61,619 nt of DNA from contig BFEA01000001.1 in NCBI GenBank assembly GCA_003427395.1, forward strand, positions 12,539,691-12,601,309. The letters are read 5' to 3'. The notes below the pieces were generated by a model, which saw only the letters and a program-made list of their open reading frames with translations, was not told the origin of the DNA and did not search any database. How positions within the stretch are numbered: the stretch's first letter is position 1; every line of letters starts with the position of its first letter. Position numbers and translations under genes: made by a program. The DNA comes from Chara braunii. Its lineage: Eukaryota > Plantae > Charophyceae. This document shows, piece after piece, positions 22,851 through 35,747 of this stretch.

Positions 22851-24316
22851 GTGGATCTAAGAGTTTGTCATTACTGTCGAAGGCCTGGACATTTCATCCG
22901 TGAATGTCGGACACGCATGCGAGACATGGAACAATAAGCCAACCAAGAGAATCGATCCAACCAAGTATCCACGTTGAGTGCAGCGTCGATCTTGCCGTCC
23001 CCTGGAGCCATCGTTCTGTATCAAGCACCGTCTAACGATGTACGCAACAATCAAGGAAATGTTGGATACAGTGGCGGATATAGCAGTGACTATAATGGGG
23101 GCCCGAAGGATATGGAGGCAGGTATAATGGGTACCGAAGATCAAGGAACCCTGAATACATGGATAGGAACGACAAGGTTGAAAGGATGTGGACGTGGATG
23201 TTAGATGAAATGGAAGAAAGGGAACGGGTCAAGAAAGAAAGAGAGGAAGCTGCTAAGAAAGAAGAGGAGGCGAAGAGACAGAGAGAAGAAGAGGAAAAAA
23301 GATTGCAAGAGAAAAAAGAAAACGAAGATTTCAAGACAAGTATAGGGCAAATGGTTGGCAATCAGATGAAAATTGTATGCGAAGAAGTGTTGGAGAGAAA
23401 GGTTGGAGAACGCTAGCAATTGACCACAACTACGATTGAAGAAATTAGGAGAAGAGGAGCGAACGTCCTTAGGAAAAACCAAGCCGTCGAGGAGAGCAAG
23501 ATGAAATATGAAGAGGTTCTGAAATTGAAACAAGCGATGGGTGATTTACAAAGGACGACCTGTCAAACGAATAGTGTCGAACAGGAGTTGCATTCTCTGA
23601 GGACAGACAATCAATATTTAATACAAGACGTGTTGTATTTAAAATAGCAAGTTGATGCGCTAAAGAAGGAGATGATGCAGGCGACAACAGTTAACGCAGA
23701 GAAGTGTGCGCCCCAAGGATTGCCCAAGCAGAACGACAAAGGCGGTAGTATTCCGACTCCTGGAGATTATGTGAAGTTGTTTGAAGCATACAAAAGACTT
23801 CGTGCCGAGAAGGATATGACAGAAAGGGAGGTGCAAGCCCTGAAAGAAAGAATTAGGCGAAACGGCGGTGTGACGACCCCAACCCCGACAAACTTCAAGA
23901 GGAAATGAATTGCAAGAAAAAGTGGATCACCATCGAATTTGAGGATTCGGCTCGACAAGCCGGCTAGTGCCAGCAAATCCGGGGAGACTTACGGTAATGC
24001 ACAAGTACGGTTTGTGAAATTAAAGAATGAAGATCGGGAGGATTTTCGGAAGCGAGTTTGAAGTGTGTTGTTCAAAATGATGAAACGGGAAATTGAGAAG
24101 TTGTGCGAAGAAGAAAAACTCACCTACGTTATAATCAAATCCTCGGTTGGAAAAATTGCAGGTATTTACACGGAGCGAGCATTTGGTAAGAGTGTAAGAA
24201 AACGGATGTTGGGTGAGGACGATGCCAAGGAGGTTGAAGAATCAAAGGATTCACAAGATCTGGCTGGAGAAGATCAAGGCGGAGAGGGGGACGACAATAC
24301 AACAAGAGGATGCTAA
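22851..24316 (+). pseudogene. PLE ORF1: gag-like CCHC zinc knuckle plus coiled coil (disrupted)
   Basis: 22866-22907 translates CHYCRRPGHFIREC (CX2CX4HX4C), followed by E/K/R-rich helical segments (ORFs 23159-23416, 23420-23647, 23672-23908, 24065-24316). Confidence 0.8.
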
Positions 24317-24392
24317 GGTTGGTTACCGAGCGTTGGTGAGTTGTTGAATCTTTGCTCTTGCGTGCAAAGAAGCACGTGGGAGTAAAGCACTG

Positions 24393-27144
24393 TTGAAGGA
24401 TGGTAAGATAGATAACGTGTTAAGATTAGTGGTGATCTCGTTGATTCTTCTACGACAGTTTTCATGGTGTTCCAAGTTCATTCCGTTTCTTCATTATTTA
24501 TTTCCTGTGAACTACGATTTTATTTTTTGTTTTGTGCCCTCTCGTTTATATTCTGATCTGTATGTGGGCTGTTCAGGACGATTGATTCAACATGTAGGCA
24601 GGGTGAATACTCCGTTAAACCAAAACGTTTGGAATCATAGACTGACATAGACTGTATCGGTGGCTTCGACACAATCAAGCTGGTGGATATGTGGCGATAC
24701 CAATTGCTTTCGCTAACAACGATCAACTTATCTGAATGGAAGCATACTATATCATGTTATTTAATTTTTTTTTAATTAAATCCCTTATGGAAGGAGAAGA
24801 CGAATGAAAAAACGAGAGCCAACGCGGAGAAGGATAGAGAATCTATGGGGTTGACGATAATATTAAAGTTATAGGCGGTAAGTCACCCTTTGTTTTCCAA
24901 TCGGTGTGGGAATCACCTCTACCAGCCTTCATGAGGTATTGGATAAGTGCTTTAGTAGGCATATTGGAACGGTAGATATTAAGTGCGTCGAAGAATTTTT
25001 TTTTATTGATAAGTGGAAAGTACTGAAACGATGTTTTGGCTCATCGGTGGTGAAGACAGAGAGTGGAGTTGAGTTGTTTAAACACTGTCGGGGGAGACTG
25101 GTGTCGGGAGTTGGCTTGTCCTTAAAAAGGATTATAAGATATTGCTTTAAGTTTGAGAAAGACAAGGGTGAATTGGTAAATTTTCTGAACAATCTATCAA
25201 GGTGCAAAAGTTTGTACAAGAAGTCGTTTGATAGACTTCTGCAACTTTATAATTGTGTGAGGTGTTTTTCCAAGAAGGAAAGTAGGTCGACGTTACGAGC
25301 GGCAAAAGCTCGAATTGTCAATAGCAAGTTTTTTGGTAAGCTCCGGATTAGAGTAGTAGTTAAGTTACCCTTTGATGCTGAGTTTTGTAAAAAGAGGGTT
25401 GGAGATGTGTGCCTGTCGATTATCAGATCGTCGTCTCTATTCGACCCTCCCTACAAAACATTATTTGTAAAAACCTAAGAGTAGTTTGGGTTAAGAATAA
25501 GTCAGTTGGGGCCCTTGGGGGAGTTTTACAGAATTTTCGGACTTACTCACACGAAGTGGAATCTGTCTGCACTTGTCAATAATTTGATTTCCCGAGATGT
25601 GGGGAACACGTGGCGTTTAGATTTAGCCAGGCAGAATGGATGTCGAGAATTACGAAGAACAGTAAGAATATTCCATATCCTGCCATGCGATGTAATATGA
25701 GACAACTGAGAGAGATTATTTTTGACAGCCATAGTCGCGTTCAGAAAGATATGAGCGTTTTTTCGGTGACTAATAAAGAGCTACGTGCATGCTTTAATAG
25801 AAACACTGAACATGACAATGTTGTGTACAAGGATGGTCTAGCAGAAGTAATGTCGAAGATACTTACTTTTGTTGTCCGACTGTTTTTTGAAAAGGAATGG
25901 AAACATTGTTTACTAAGAATAATGGGTTTAACATGTTAAGTGTTTCGAGCAACAGGTTATTGATAAAATAAAAAAATAGTACCAGAAGCAACCTTTTGAC
26001 AAATTTGCTAACCTTAATAAGCAAGGACGACTGGGGAAGACTTACTCTATCCTGAAACACAAGAACATAGTAAAGTGGAAACCCCTTTGCCCATCTTTTT
26101 CCAACCCACTAGTGAGAATGAGTAGAGTCGTGTCCAAGGTCATTAATAAGTTGTTGTGGTCACTCGTAGAAGACTCTAATTTCGATTTCAGATGTCCTAG
26201 CGATATGATCTATAGAATAAGCGACTTTAATAAGAATATGCGAGCAGGCGAAGATGTATTTGCTTCCAATTTCGACGAGAAAGATGTGTTTACCGTTCTC
26301 CTGCATGCGTCCATCGTTAAAGTAGCTGAATGGTTGATCCGTGCATATGAAGAGAAGGGGTTTTATGATATCTTTGTTAAGAAGCGTGGAAAATGAGCGT
26401 TACTGGGAAAACGAAAAAGCATCCGAGCAGGCTATGTTCGTCTTAGATTTACGGTTTTGTTGACAATGGTAGCATTTGACCTTGATGATACTTTTTTGAC
26501 CGCCATTGAGATAGTACTGAAGCATAAAATTGACATTCCTATGGGGAAGTCTTCTAGCTCGGCCCTCGCATGTTTACTTGTGCCTTTAACGAATTTGAAT
26601 TTTTGAGCCATTTGGGGAAGGAACGACGATTGCTCTTCGGGATGAGGCTTGTAGATGACGTGTCCGTGTTTTCAAAATTTCATAAAGAATCAAGTTACAG
26701 TAGGGCAATGGCAAAGAATAGGGTCAAAAAGTTAAAAACTTGTTACGATCACAATTTGGTTTTGGAACCGATAAGCTATTGCGACGCATGGGACTTTTTG
26801 GGTTGCGTTATCAAGGTGTTTCATCAGCCATGTAAAGTGTTATGTGCTGCCACACATAGAAATGAGCGCTTTATTATACATGAAGGGATCTATTCCAGAC
26901 TCTGCAAGATTTCGATTCCTATTCAGATAAGCAACAAAAAATGTCAGTTATTATAGTATGTTTGCATAGGGCAAGAACAATGACTACGATGCCAGGAGTC
27001 GATACGTGTGTTCTGTTTACTCTGAAGATGGAGCTACAAGCAAGGAACTTCCCGGATTCATATTTTGACAACTGCTTGAAGAACTTATCGTCGAGAATGA
27101 ATGACTGTTGGTCGCATTGGGTGCGATGTTTTACGCAATGGTAA
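24393..27144 (+). pseudogene. PLE ORF2: GIY-YIG endonuclease followed by reverse transcriptase (disrupted)
   Basis: FIFCF..LYVGCSGRLIQH (GIY-YIG-like, ~24515-24600); CTC..H motif (~25567-25612); LKHK..KWKP; FDEKDVFT; IPMGKSSS..LA; MRLVDDV (RT catalytic site); DFLG. Confidence 0.85.
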
Positions 27145-27265
27145 CTGTTTCTGTTGATTAATAGGTAGGGTCTTTCTTTCCTTCTTTCTATCTTTTCCCT
27201 TTTCCCTTCCTTCTTCTTTTCAGATGGTGGACATTTTTCAATTTTTCAACTCGTCTTCTTGTTAG

Positions 27266-27933
27266 ATGGTAGACATTTTTCAACTTGTTTTTCCTTGTCT
27301 CTCCCTTTCTTACATTCTGTTTTTGAACTCACTTGCGTTCCCTTGGTTCAATAAACCTTTCCGTTATTTTTTTGACCCCCACCTTTTTATGCCTCTTTTC
27401 TGCTTTGAAGTCATTTTTCCATTTCTGCGATCCTTACTTGTACCTTCTATTTTCTGTAGGTCTCAATCAAGTAACCTTGAACTTGAGTAGTAGTTAATAT
27501 TCCGCTGCATTACTTTTGATCCTCGTCTTGATCACGTGACTTTCTGAATCATACTGTTCTAGAGACTTCGGGAAGCTTCGTTACAGTTTCATGAATACGA
27601 GTATGTAGGATCTCGTCTATAATTCGACAAGGTATAAGAGTCTCGTCCATCTTGCGCTAGGTACTACCGACCTCTGACGAAGCCGGACAAGCGACCGACA
27701 GAAACACAGTGTACTACCGACCCCTGACGAAGCCGGACAGGCGACCGGCAGAAACGCAGTGTAGGGTCCAATCGCCTGATCTGCGTGTGTGTTGTCACTA
27801 AGAATGTTTTGACGCAGTTACCTGCGCTCAGTTCTACTCTCGTCTCATTTTCTTGTGTGGTGTGCCTTGTGTATGTTACATACTATGTGCTCAAGCACTT
27901 GCGTGTTTGTCCGCTATGACTGATGCTTGCAAC
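27266..27933 (+). repeat. 3' pseudo-LTR of the PLE
   Basis: Direct repeat of 22058-22693 with a ~60-bp extra segment near its end. Confidence 0.9.
27669..27768 (+). ncRNA. tandem type I hammerhead ribozyme motifs (50-nt period)
   Basis: Second unit: GACCC-CUGACGA-a-GCCGG-acaggcga-CCGGC-a-GAAA-CgcaguG-UA-GGGUC. It has the minimal stem III typical of PLE hammerheads. Confidence 0.85.
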
Positions 27934-29633
27934 TTGCCCTTTTTCGATTAAGTTCCACGCGGCCGATTAGCGTCCATGCAGGAATCTTCAAAGAAATGGT
28001 TATAGTTTCGGGTGTCATAGTTTTTAATTTCTGGTGCTAAGCATGCGCGCGAGCTTTTCGAATTCTTGCTCGACTATGCAAACTGGCTTCCAGCTTTGCA
28101 TGCGCGCACCAACTTATCTTCTTGCTTGTCCCGCGCCTACGTGAATCTCTTCGTCTTCCTCCCCGCCCTCTTGCACCCCTACCCTCTTCGTCTTGCGGCG
28201 CAGTTGATTGGACGCTGGTCGAGTTTGTCGGATCAAGCCGTAAGAGCGAACTTACCCCCGTGGATTGACCGACCACCTCGATTGTGCAATAAGAGTTTTT
28301 GAGTATAGATTGATGGAATCTTCCTTTCTTGTGTCCTCCTCGTCTACCACCCGCAGTACACGTTAGTGCCCCGCCACCTTCCACACTATAAGTTTGCACA
28401 GTTCCTCTCCCTCTCTTTGACCCCAGCTGCAATGCTGTGCGTGCTATGCGCGAAGGCTGTGGCACCGAACACACTTCACGTGCCCAAGGACGGGCAGAGT
28501 GAGGGCGTGGGGTAAGCTTAGCGGTAGTTTCGATGGGTGGTAGCCGGAGGGACAGAGCGGTGGTGGAGACAAAGGTGTGGCGAGTGGCAGGGCCTTGTGG
28601 CTATGCTGGTGGACCTTTGATTGGACTTGGTGGCTGTGCACGCGGAGTGCCAGCACAGTTGTTGTTTTTAATCTGAGTTGGGAGGGAATTCTGCTTCTTC
28701 TCCGTTGCTGCTTTGTCCGAGTGTTCATGTGTGCCCAAGACTAAGTGTATGACTGAGTCGTGTGCATGGCCTTGGTTGAAAGTGTCAAATGGTTGCATGA
28801 TGCTTCACTGTCAGAAGGTCTAGGTGTGTATGGTGTGATTGCTCAATCACATGGATGTTGATGGGTTGCTTTCACTCTCGTTGATTGGATTGCTCTCAGC
28901 AGTCTACGCGGATGTATGAGTGTGCTGACGCCCCTTGGTTTGGACCCAGACGAGGTTCTCAGCGCCGGCACGGGGAGCGCAAGCCTGTCACCGTTCCCCG
29001 TTTACTGATCCTGTTCCTCTTGCCCGCAGACACAGCCTGATGCATCCAGCTAATCGCTTGGTATGCAGTTTGGTAGGGAGTGGAGTCATATTGCCTGATG
29101 TCCTTCATGCAAACCATCACGATTTTTGTGAAGCAATCATTTTGTTTTGGGTGGTCATCATCGTTGTCTTTCCTCGCGCTGCGATTGAGTGTGTGCGCAG
29201 GGACTGAGATAGGAACAGGAATTGCATGGAGTCGAGGTCTCCAATCTGAGAGTAAGCACTGGGAATTGCCCATGCTCTAACCTTAGATCGATCCGCCATA
29301 GCAGCCTCCCGGCGTTTCAGATCACAGGCGAAGATGGTGTCTACTGTGACGCAGGTGTAAGGAGGACACTATTGCGGACCGATCGAGTACACCTCTATAA
29401 CCCATCTTAGGTGTGCCATATCGCGGGGGAGGGGTTTGTCTTGATTTGATGTTTCAATGCGCCGCAACTGATTATGCTGTATTCTGATCTGACAGACTGA
29501 CAGTTCTCACCTGGTCGGCGGCACATGCCACATGGAATTTGCAATTTAACTGCAGGTGGAGCAAGCTCGGAAACTTGTGTTCCTGGCGACGGTTGGTGCT
29601 GGAGTAAAAGGGTCCATTTGGTTCCTGGACCTC

Positions 29634-30096
29634 TTCTTTTTTTTTCTTTTTTCTTTTTTTAACCAACCCCCCCCTGCAGTGCTAGCGGGGCTGATAAAAG
29701 CAGACACCACTAGCACCCGGGGAGAGGCTCCATCTATTGGTGGGGAGCATCACCTGCTGGAAAACGGGTCCAGAGTCCCATGTATAGAATGAATACAAAA
29801 TGAATGAAAGACCTGCCAGCATTGATTACTCTGGCTTCCAGAGGATTAACTGTGCAGGTTTGTTGAGAACAGGGAGAAAACCTCTTCCTCCCAATACCAG
29901 ATGCGGGATATCTACTGCTGAAAAACCTCTCCCGCCATTCAGGTGCGGTTCCGGGCCCTGGTCCCTCCGCGGCAACTGCTGTCAGATTACAAGGAGTCTG
30001 ATCGATCCGACCAGCGGGATTAGCCCATTCCCTTGGACTCCAAAGTTTATTTTCCCTGAGTGTCCGCAAAAGAACGGGTTGCATGTACCTAGATTA
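29634..30096 (-). mobile_element. 5'-truncated LINE 3'UTR copy
   Basis: T-rich tail on + (29634-29660). 29665-29930 is homologous to the 3'UTR of the LINE at 59715-59970. Candidate 7-bp TSD GGACCTC (29627-29633, 30097-30103). Confidence 0.7.
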
Positions 30097-30200
30097 GGAC
30101 CTCGTTCATTACTTTTAAACCACTAGTACCTCCGAGCCTGTTTTTGCCGAGCCTGAATTTCACTGTGCTCCTAGTTTTGCGGAGCCTGGGTCCCACTCCA

Positions 30201-30241
30201 TTTCTTCTTTTTTTTTAAGATTTCACATGAGTGCAGGACAT

Positions 30242-30330
<89 letters not shown>

Positions 30331-30875
30331 AAGCTGCCTTCTCCTCATTGGGGGACAGCCATATATTTTTCTCTCACCTCACATATCTTTTAACTGGCGT
30401 TCTGCCATGTCATGGAACATATCTTTCCGACTACTCCTAAGGCTATATAGGGGACCCCTGCAAGCATAGCTTTCTACTTCTCTTCGGTGAAGGGGGTTAC
30501 CTCTCTCGGTGGAGAGAGGGGTAACGGCATGTTTGCCCCCTTGCCCTAGTGTTTAGGGTGCAGGGTTGGGGCCGCCGGTGGGGGCCCGGCTAACACAAGG
30601 ACCAAGCATTTGCCAGTAACTGTGCCTCCCTTTCATCTTCCCCCACCCCCATCGAGTAACAGTAGGGTCTAAAGCCAACACACTCCCACACACCACATGC
30701 AACCCACACACTCACACCCGTGTTGGCTGAAGACCTTACTAATACCGACTGGGAGGACCCAGCTGACTATCTCAGTTGGTTGGCACCAAGAGTCCTACAG
30801 GCGGCCATGGGGATTGAACCCACGACCTCCTGAATGCCACTTGCGTGCCTAACCAATTGAGCTAGGCCACTGGAT
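30201..30875 (-). mobile_element. tRNA-headed SINE
   Basis: 12-bp TSD GGTCCCACTCCA (30189-30200, 30876-30887). The minus-strand head has A box TAGCTCAATTGG and B box GGTTCAATCCC. A-rich tail plus an internal ~85-nt poly(A). Confidence 0.85.
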
Positions 30876-30944
30876 GGTCCCACTCCACTTTCTCTCAATT
30901 TTTCCTCACACTACCTACCTACCACTACTCCTACCTAGAGGCAT

Positions 30945-31185
30945 ACGGGGAAACCGTAGCATACCAGAGCCGTGTTTTTACAGCCCCTCGAGCCTGCAGG
31001 ATACCGGCCAGGGGACGGCCGGTAACACCAGGGATAAAGCGGACCAATCCCCCGTGCCTCCCCTCAGGCCCCTCCCCTACGAACATAGTAGACTCTGCTT
31101 GATGCCGATCGGGGGATCCAGTGGTCTATCTCTTGGGTAGCGGGTGCCAAGTAAGCCCAGGAAGGCATGAGGCCAATGGGGCCAC
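30945..31185 (-). mobile_element. headless SINE body fragment
   Basis: Reverse complement aligns with 32510-32785. Confidence 0.7.
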
Positions 31186-32446
31186 TCCATTTCATTTCTT
31201 GTACTCTCACGGAAAGAACAAAAAAAAAAAAAAAAAGGAAAAGAAAAGTCGCGGCCGTGAAACTCACAAAAGAAGCGGAGGGGGCGGAAGAAACAAATCT
31301 TTGGCCGTGAAATGCAGTTGTATGCATACTTGGAAGTGGTAGTGTGAGTGTGCCCTCAGTGAGGACATTTCAGCCTGCTGGCCAGAGTGTCAGATTCAAG
31401 AGAAAAAAAAAAGAAGGAAAATCACAGATTCTGACGTGATATTGGCTGGATACATTCCTCTGAGTGCCAGTGTGATCAGGAGGGAGATGCCACTAGCCAT
31501 GTATGTGGATTAGTGTGGCGGGTGTGGGACGGGTGGGGGACAGGTGGGTGGCAGTGTGAAATAGGGAAAATAAACGCAAAAAAACATTTCATGACCAGAC
31601 AAATGAAGAAAAAACTGCTAAAAGAGAAAAGAAAGTGCTCTTCTCACAGATGGAGTCTGCTCCAGACGGGGTGTTAGATGTCAGGGTATGATTCACTGAC
31701 CATGGCTGTGGCAGTCAAGACGACTGCATGTGAGTGGGCACATGGACCATATTCATTGACAATAGTCTGAGACTCTGAGCTTCCTTGAAATAGGCCGCAG
31801 TGCACGCTGTTCGGTTGTTCTGACAGAAAAGTCTCTTTGGCAAAGGAGGGCATTTGCTGTAGGTGAGGGGATCGAACCCTCCCAAACACCTTCCAAACCA
31901 CAATCAATTTCCAGCGATGAAGCCATTCGTCTTTGCCTTCGCCGTGAGTGAAACGTGTGTGACTTCATGAACCAAAAAACTTGGTTGTGATTTCATGCAC
32001 GTTTGGGACAGCCACAGGACCCGGACAACAAAAACAAAAGAAAAAACTACCAATGGGAGAGCAAAAGAAAACATCCTTTTCCCGGGCTTGACTCACAAAA
32101 ACAGGCTACTGCTGATTTCCTGCCAAATCCAAGATGCCTGACAGTCACACACCTTAAACATTAATCCACATACATCGGTAGTGGGATCTCCCTCCAGGGT
32201 TGAGGAACTGCAGCTTCAGCAAATCACCGACTATGCCCTGCCTCGCTGGCAGGGGACTGGTAAGAGAAAAAAAAAGTAAAAAAGGAAAGCGACAACATCC
32301 ACAATCTGACCGTGTTAGCAGCAAGATTCATTCTGTGGAGGACTACTGTGAGCAGGGCCTCCTAGACTACCCTGCCCGACATCATTGCAGTAGAGAAAGT
32401 ATCTTTTTTTTTTTTTCACGAGCGGGCAATATAAAACTAAAGTTTA

Positions 32447-33110
32447 ATCCAGCGGCCTAGCTCAGTTGGTAAGGCATGCAAGTGGCATTCAGGACGTCCT
32501 GGGTTCAATCTCCATTGGCCTCATGTACCTTCCTGGGCAAGCTTGGCACCCGCCACCTAGAGATATGCTGTTGGTCCCCCCGAGTGGCATTGAGCAGAGA
32601 CTGTCGATGTTCATAGGAGGAGGGGACTGGAGCAGAGGCACAGTGACTGGCCCATTGAAGAAGCTCAGTCTTGATGCTACCGGCTGACCCCTGGCCGGTA
32701 TCGCTCACCTGCTGGTGGATGGAGCTCCCACATGTTCCCTCGTTGGAGGCTTGAGCACGGATGCGGCTGCTACGGGGTTCCCCGTAATACTATAATGACA
32801 ATTAAAAAGGCCTGAAAGGCTGTCCTGTCCAGATTGGACAGGTAATTGAATTGGGTGGGCTTAAAGAATTAGCCTAGTGCCTCATCCTGCAGACTCTAGT
32901 AGGCAGCGAACCACCCTACCTTTCCTCTAAGGTGCGATATCCCTCCTTCCCTCCCTAAGTATCATGCCTACCTATCCCAGGCTCCCCTTGACGAGCCCTA
33001 ATCCAGCTGATTCCCCCAATGAGAATTCCCAACGGACACCAACCTGGATGAAGCGCCATCTCACAGGCATCATATGGTACCTGTGGGATCAAGAATGTCC
33101 AGCACCCTAC
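32447..33110 (+). mobile_element. tRNA-headed SINE (same head as 30201-30875); 3' end approximate
   Basis: Head ATCCAGCGGCCTAGCTCAGTTGG..GCAAGTGGCATTCAGGA.GTC.TGGGTTCAATC. Also shares CCCCCAATGAG and GAATGTCCWGCAC with the 3' part of the minus-strand copy. Confidence 0.72.
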
Positions 33111-33938
33111 CCCATATGAACACCCTGTGTGTGCGTAGCATTACCCTTATTCGGATCCTACCGTAGTCAGGTCACTATGTATGGACTCTTGTTTGGGTAC
33201 CATAGGCACTGTGACGAGAAACCATGGAACCCCACAGACTAGTACAGACTGGTGAAACCGACAATTCGAAGGGTCCCGAATTGCACGCAGCGGGTACCAC
33301 CTATTGTTCCAAGCAGATCCTGTTGATGTATAGAGGGCCCAGGGGCCAGGGCCCTACCAGCCACCCTATCGTTACGAAGTCCTAGCAGTCCAAATGACAA
33401 ATCTACCAGCGACCCTACCGTTACGAGTCCTAGCAGTCCCAATGACAAATCTCCCCTCCCCTTCCCTAGCTAATCCCTCCCCTAGGACCCTCAACCTAAT
33501 CCTCCCCCCCCCTTACCCCCATGGGAAGTACACGAGCGTGACCCCACTCATCAGACCCGACCATAGACAAAGTACTCAAACAGCCCTCCTGAGGCCCACC
33601 ACCAGCAAAAACAACCATGGACTGGACCCCTTGGGCGGTGCGCAGGCAGACCCATTCTGGGGAGGTGGGTTATCAGAGGTTGGTTGGGGGTAGTTGATGA
33701 GCGCCGAGGTCTCCACCATTACCAGTGGTCGATTCTCCCTAGCGAACAGACATAAGCAACGCTCATTAGTAGCAGAAAGCAACCACATACATCCATACAG
33801 ACTATGATATCACACTAGCTGACATAGCAACCAGCATATTCAACAACCAACAGCAGCCATATATGAACCGAGTTGTGCTAGGTTGGTACTTAGAGGGGCT
33901 CATGGTTTAGACCTTGGTTAGCCGACCATTAGACACTG

Positions 33939-34912
33939 TGTGACGAACTGTTTTCTGCAACCGTGCGATTTTCTGCGCAAGGCTACTTCGGGGGTTGAAT
34001 CGGAAGGGCCCACAAGATTACATGGGTGCCCTTGTTTTTCTTGTTTTTCTTGTTTTTGGAATCCAGGCCAGGGGTGATCTTGTGACTATTGGTAGCTGGT
34101 CGCGCCTTAGCGAGCGTGAGAGAGAACTGTTGCCATAACTTCTTTCTTGTTCTGTTGTGGGAAATGGGGATTTTGGCGCGGTCGTCGCGCGGGAAAATCT
34201 TTTTGAATTTTCAAACTGAGGTCGAGCCCCCGTGAGCTCTCGGAATTTGCTCCGTTCGAAATTTCTTTTTACAATTAGGATTTAGATTAGGAATTTAGGC
34301 GCGTCTCAATTTTTGTTGCACGACGCTTCTTGCTGGCGCACGCCTTGCCGCGTTAGGATCTATGTTCTGACTTTTCCGCACCTTTATCCTTGCGTGTAAC
34401 TGTAATGTTTGTTTTGGCGGGCATAATTGCAACTGTAATCCCCGTGTTCTTGATATTTTTTGTGGTGTCCATGTGCGCGCGTACTTCTTCCTCTGTCCTA
34501 ATTGACCGGAACGCTTGCATGAATGGATCGATATGTTGAGTGAGGCTACACCCCCCACGTCGCGGCCTGGCCATGCAGACGTAGGCACTTCTTCCTCCTC
34601 TTTCTTTTTGCACTTAGCCACAATCCCGGGTATCTCGCACAAACATGCATGCTATAAATCTCGCAAGCGCGGTTAACTGCCTCTCTAAGACTTCTGGAAG
34701 TTAGCGTGGTCGAGAGGATCGGCTAGCGAGCGAGATTTGTAAGGTGAGTAGAGAGTTGGGCGATCTGACGAGCTGGTGCTGGGTATGCGGGGTTGACGTG
34801 GGGCCGCGACGGACTGTGGCCCACGGGCGAACCTGTCGTGCATGCTCGGACTAAGCGGGGTGACAACTCTGTGTGGGTGCGAGGCGACGGACTGCCCGCA
34901 TTGAGACGTTGT

Positions 34913-34949
<37 letters not shown>

Positions 34950-35442
34950 GAGAGAGAGAGAGAGAGACACGGGAAGTGTCGTGGTGATGTTTCTCTTCCG
35001 TCCTTCTCAACAATTTTGGTATTCGGCGCCAGTCGCCTTGCCCTTCTTTTGGTCGGCACCTCGGAATTTTCTTCCTTGTTTTTGCTTCGGATATGGATTG
35101 TTTTCCCCACTCTCCATCTCTATTTTTTTGAATCGGCAAATCTAATTGATTGGTTCCCGGCGAACGAGCCTTGTGTAATCTCTAGGCTAACTGGCCAAAG
35201 AATTGTCGCATGACCCTCGATTCTCTGTTTATGTGTAAGATAGATGCATGGGCGATAGGCGTGATTTTGTCTGTATATGAATTGGATAAACATGCTAACT
35301 ATTAAATAACCGTCGCATTATAGGATGGCCCAATCTCGCGAATCACTGACGTTCATCCATTTGATCGAAGGACAGGTCCCGCGCACACACATATAGGCTC
35401 GACCAAAGACGATCGCTGCCTACACGAGCGTCTGCGAAACCT
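33939..35442 (+). repeat. LTR-type block starting TGTGACG, diverged direct repeat of 46785-48309
   Basis: Colinear ~1.5-kb alignment including an internal (GA)n tract. Abuts Gypsy coding sequence. Confidence 0.85.
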
Positions 35443-35747
35443 AAAAAGGAATCGGGTGGTCCTTCGTTCGTTATAGGAGAAACTGATGTCATGAATATCG
35501 TCCGAGCCCTGGATCATCGGATCCCCTTGCCTATCAGACACTTGTTGTCCATATCGGAACAAGCGAATGAACGAATGTTGCAGCATTGCAAGGCAAACCG
35601 GAAACGGTTTCCCCTCGCTAAGCAAGCAGCCATCAAAGGGAAAGCCCCCGCCTGCGAAGACAGACCAGATGTCCCCAGCACCTCGGACTCGATAAGGTTA
35701 CGACTCGTCCGAAAAGATGCTCATTTTCTGCGCATTAAGGCCATTCC

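Larger units (their letters stand above)
22058..27933 (+). mobile_element. Penelope-like retroelement with N-terminal GIY-YIG (Chlamys/Naiad-type architecture), decayed
   Basis: ~640-670 bp direct terminal repeats without TG..CA ends that contain hammerhead motifs, enclosing ORF1 and a GIY-YIG+RT ORF2. Confidence 0.88.

Noticed and set aside
28770-28840. pogo/DDE_1 transposase relic (IMQPFD)
   Set aside because: A single short motif amid stops; chance cannot be excluded.
30805-30870. Functional tRNA genes (also 13885, 32454, 55353, 57820, 58131)
   Set aside because: A/B boxes are present but anticodon or acceptor stems are broken, and most sit at 5' ends of TSD-flanked, A-tailed inserts, i.e. 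SINE heads.
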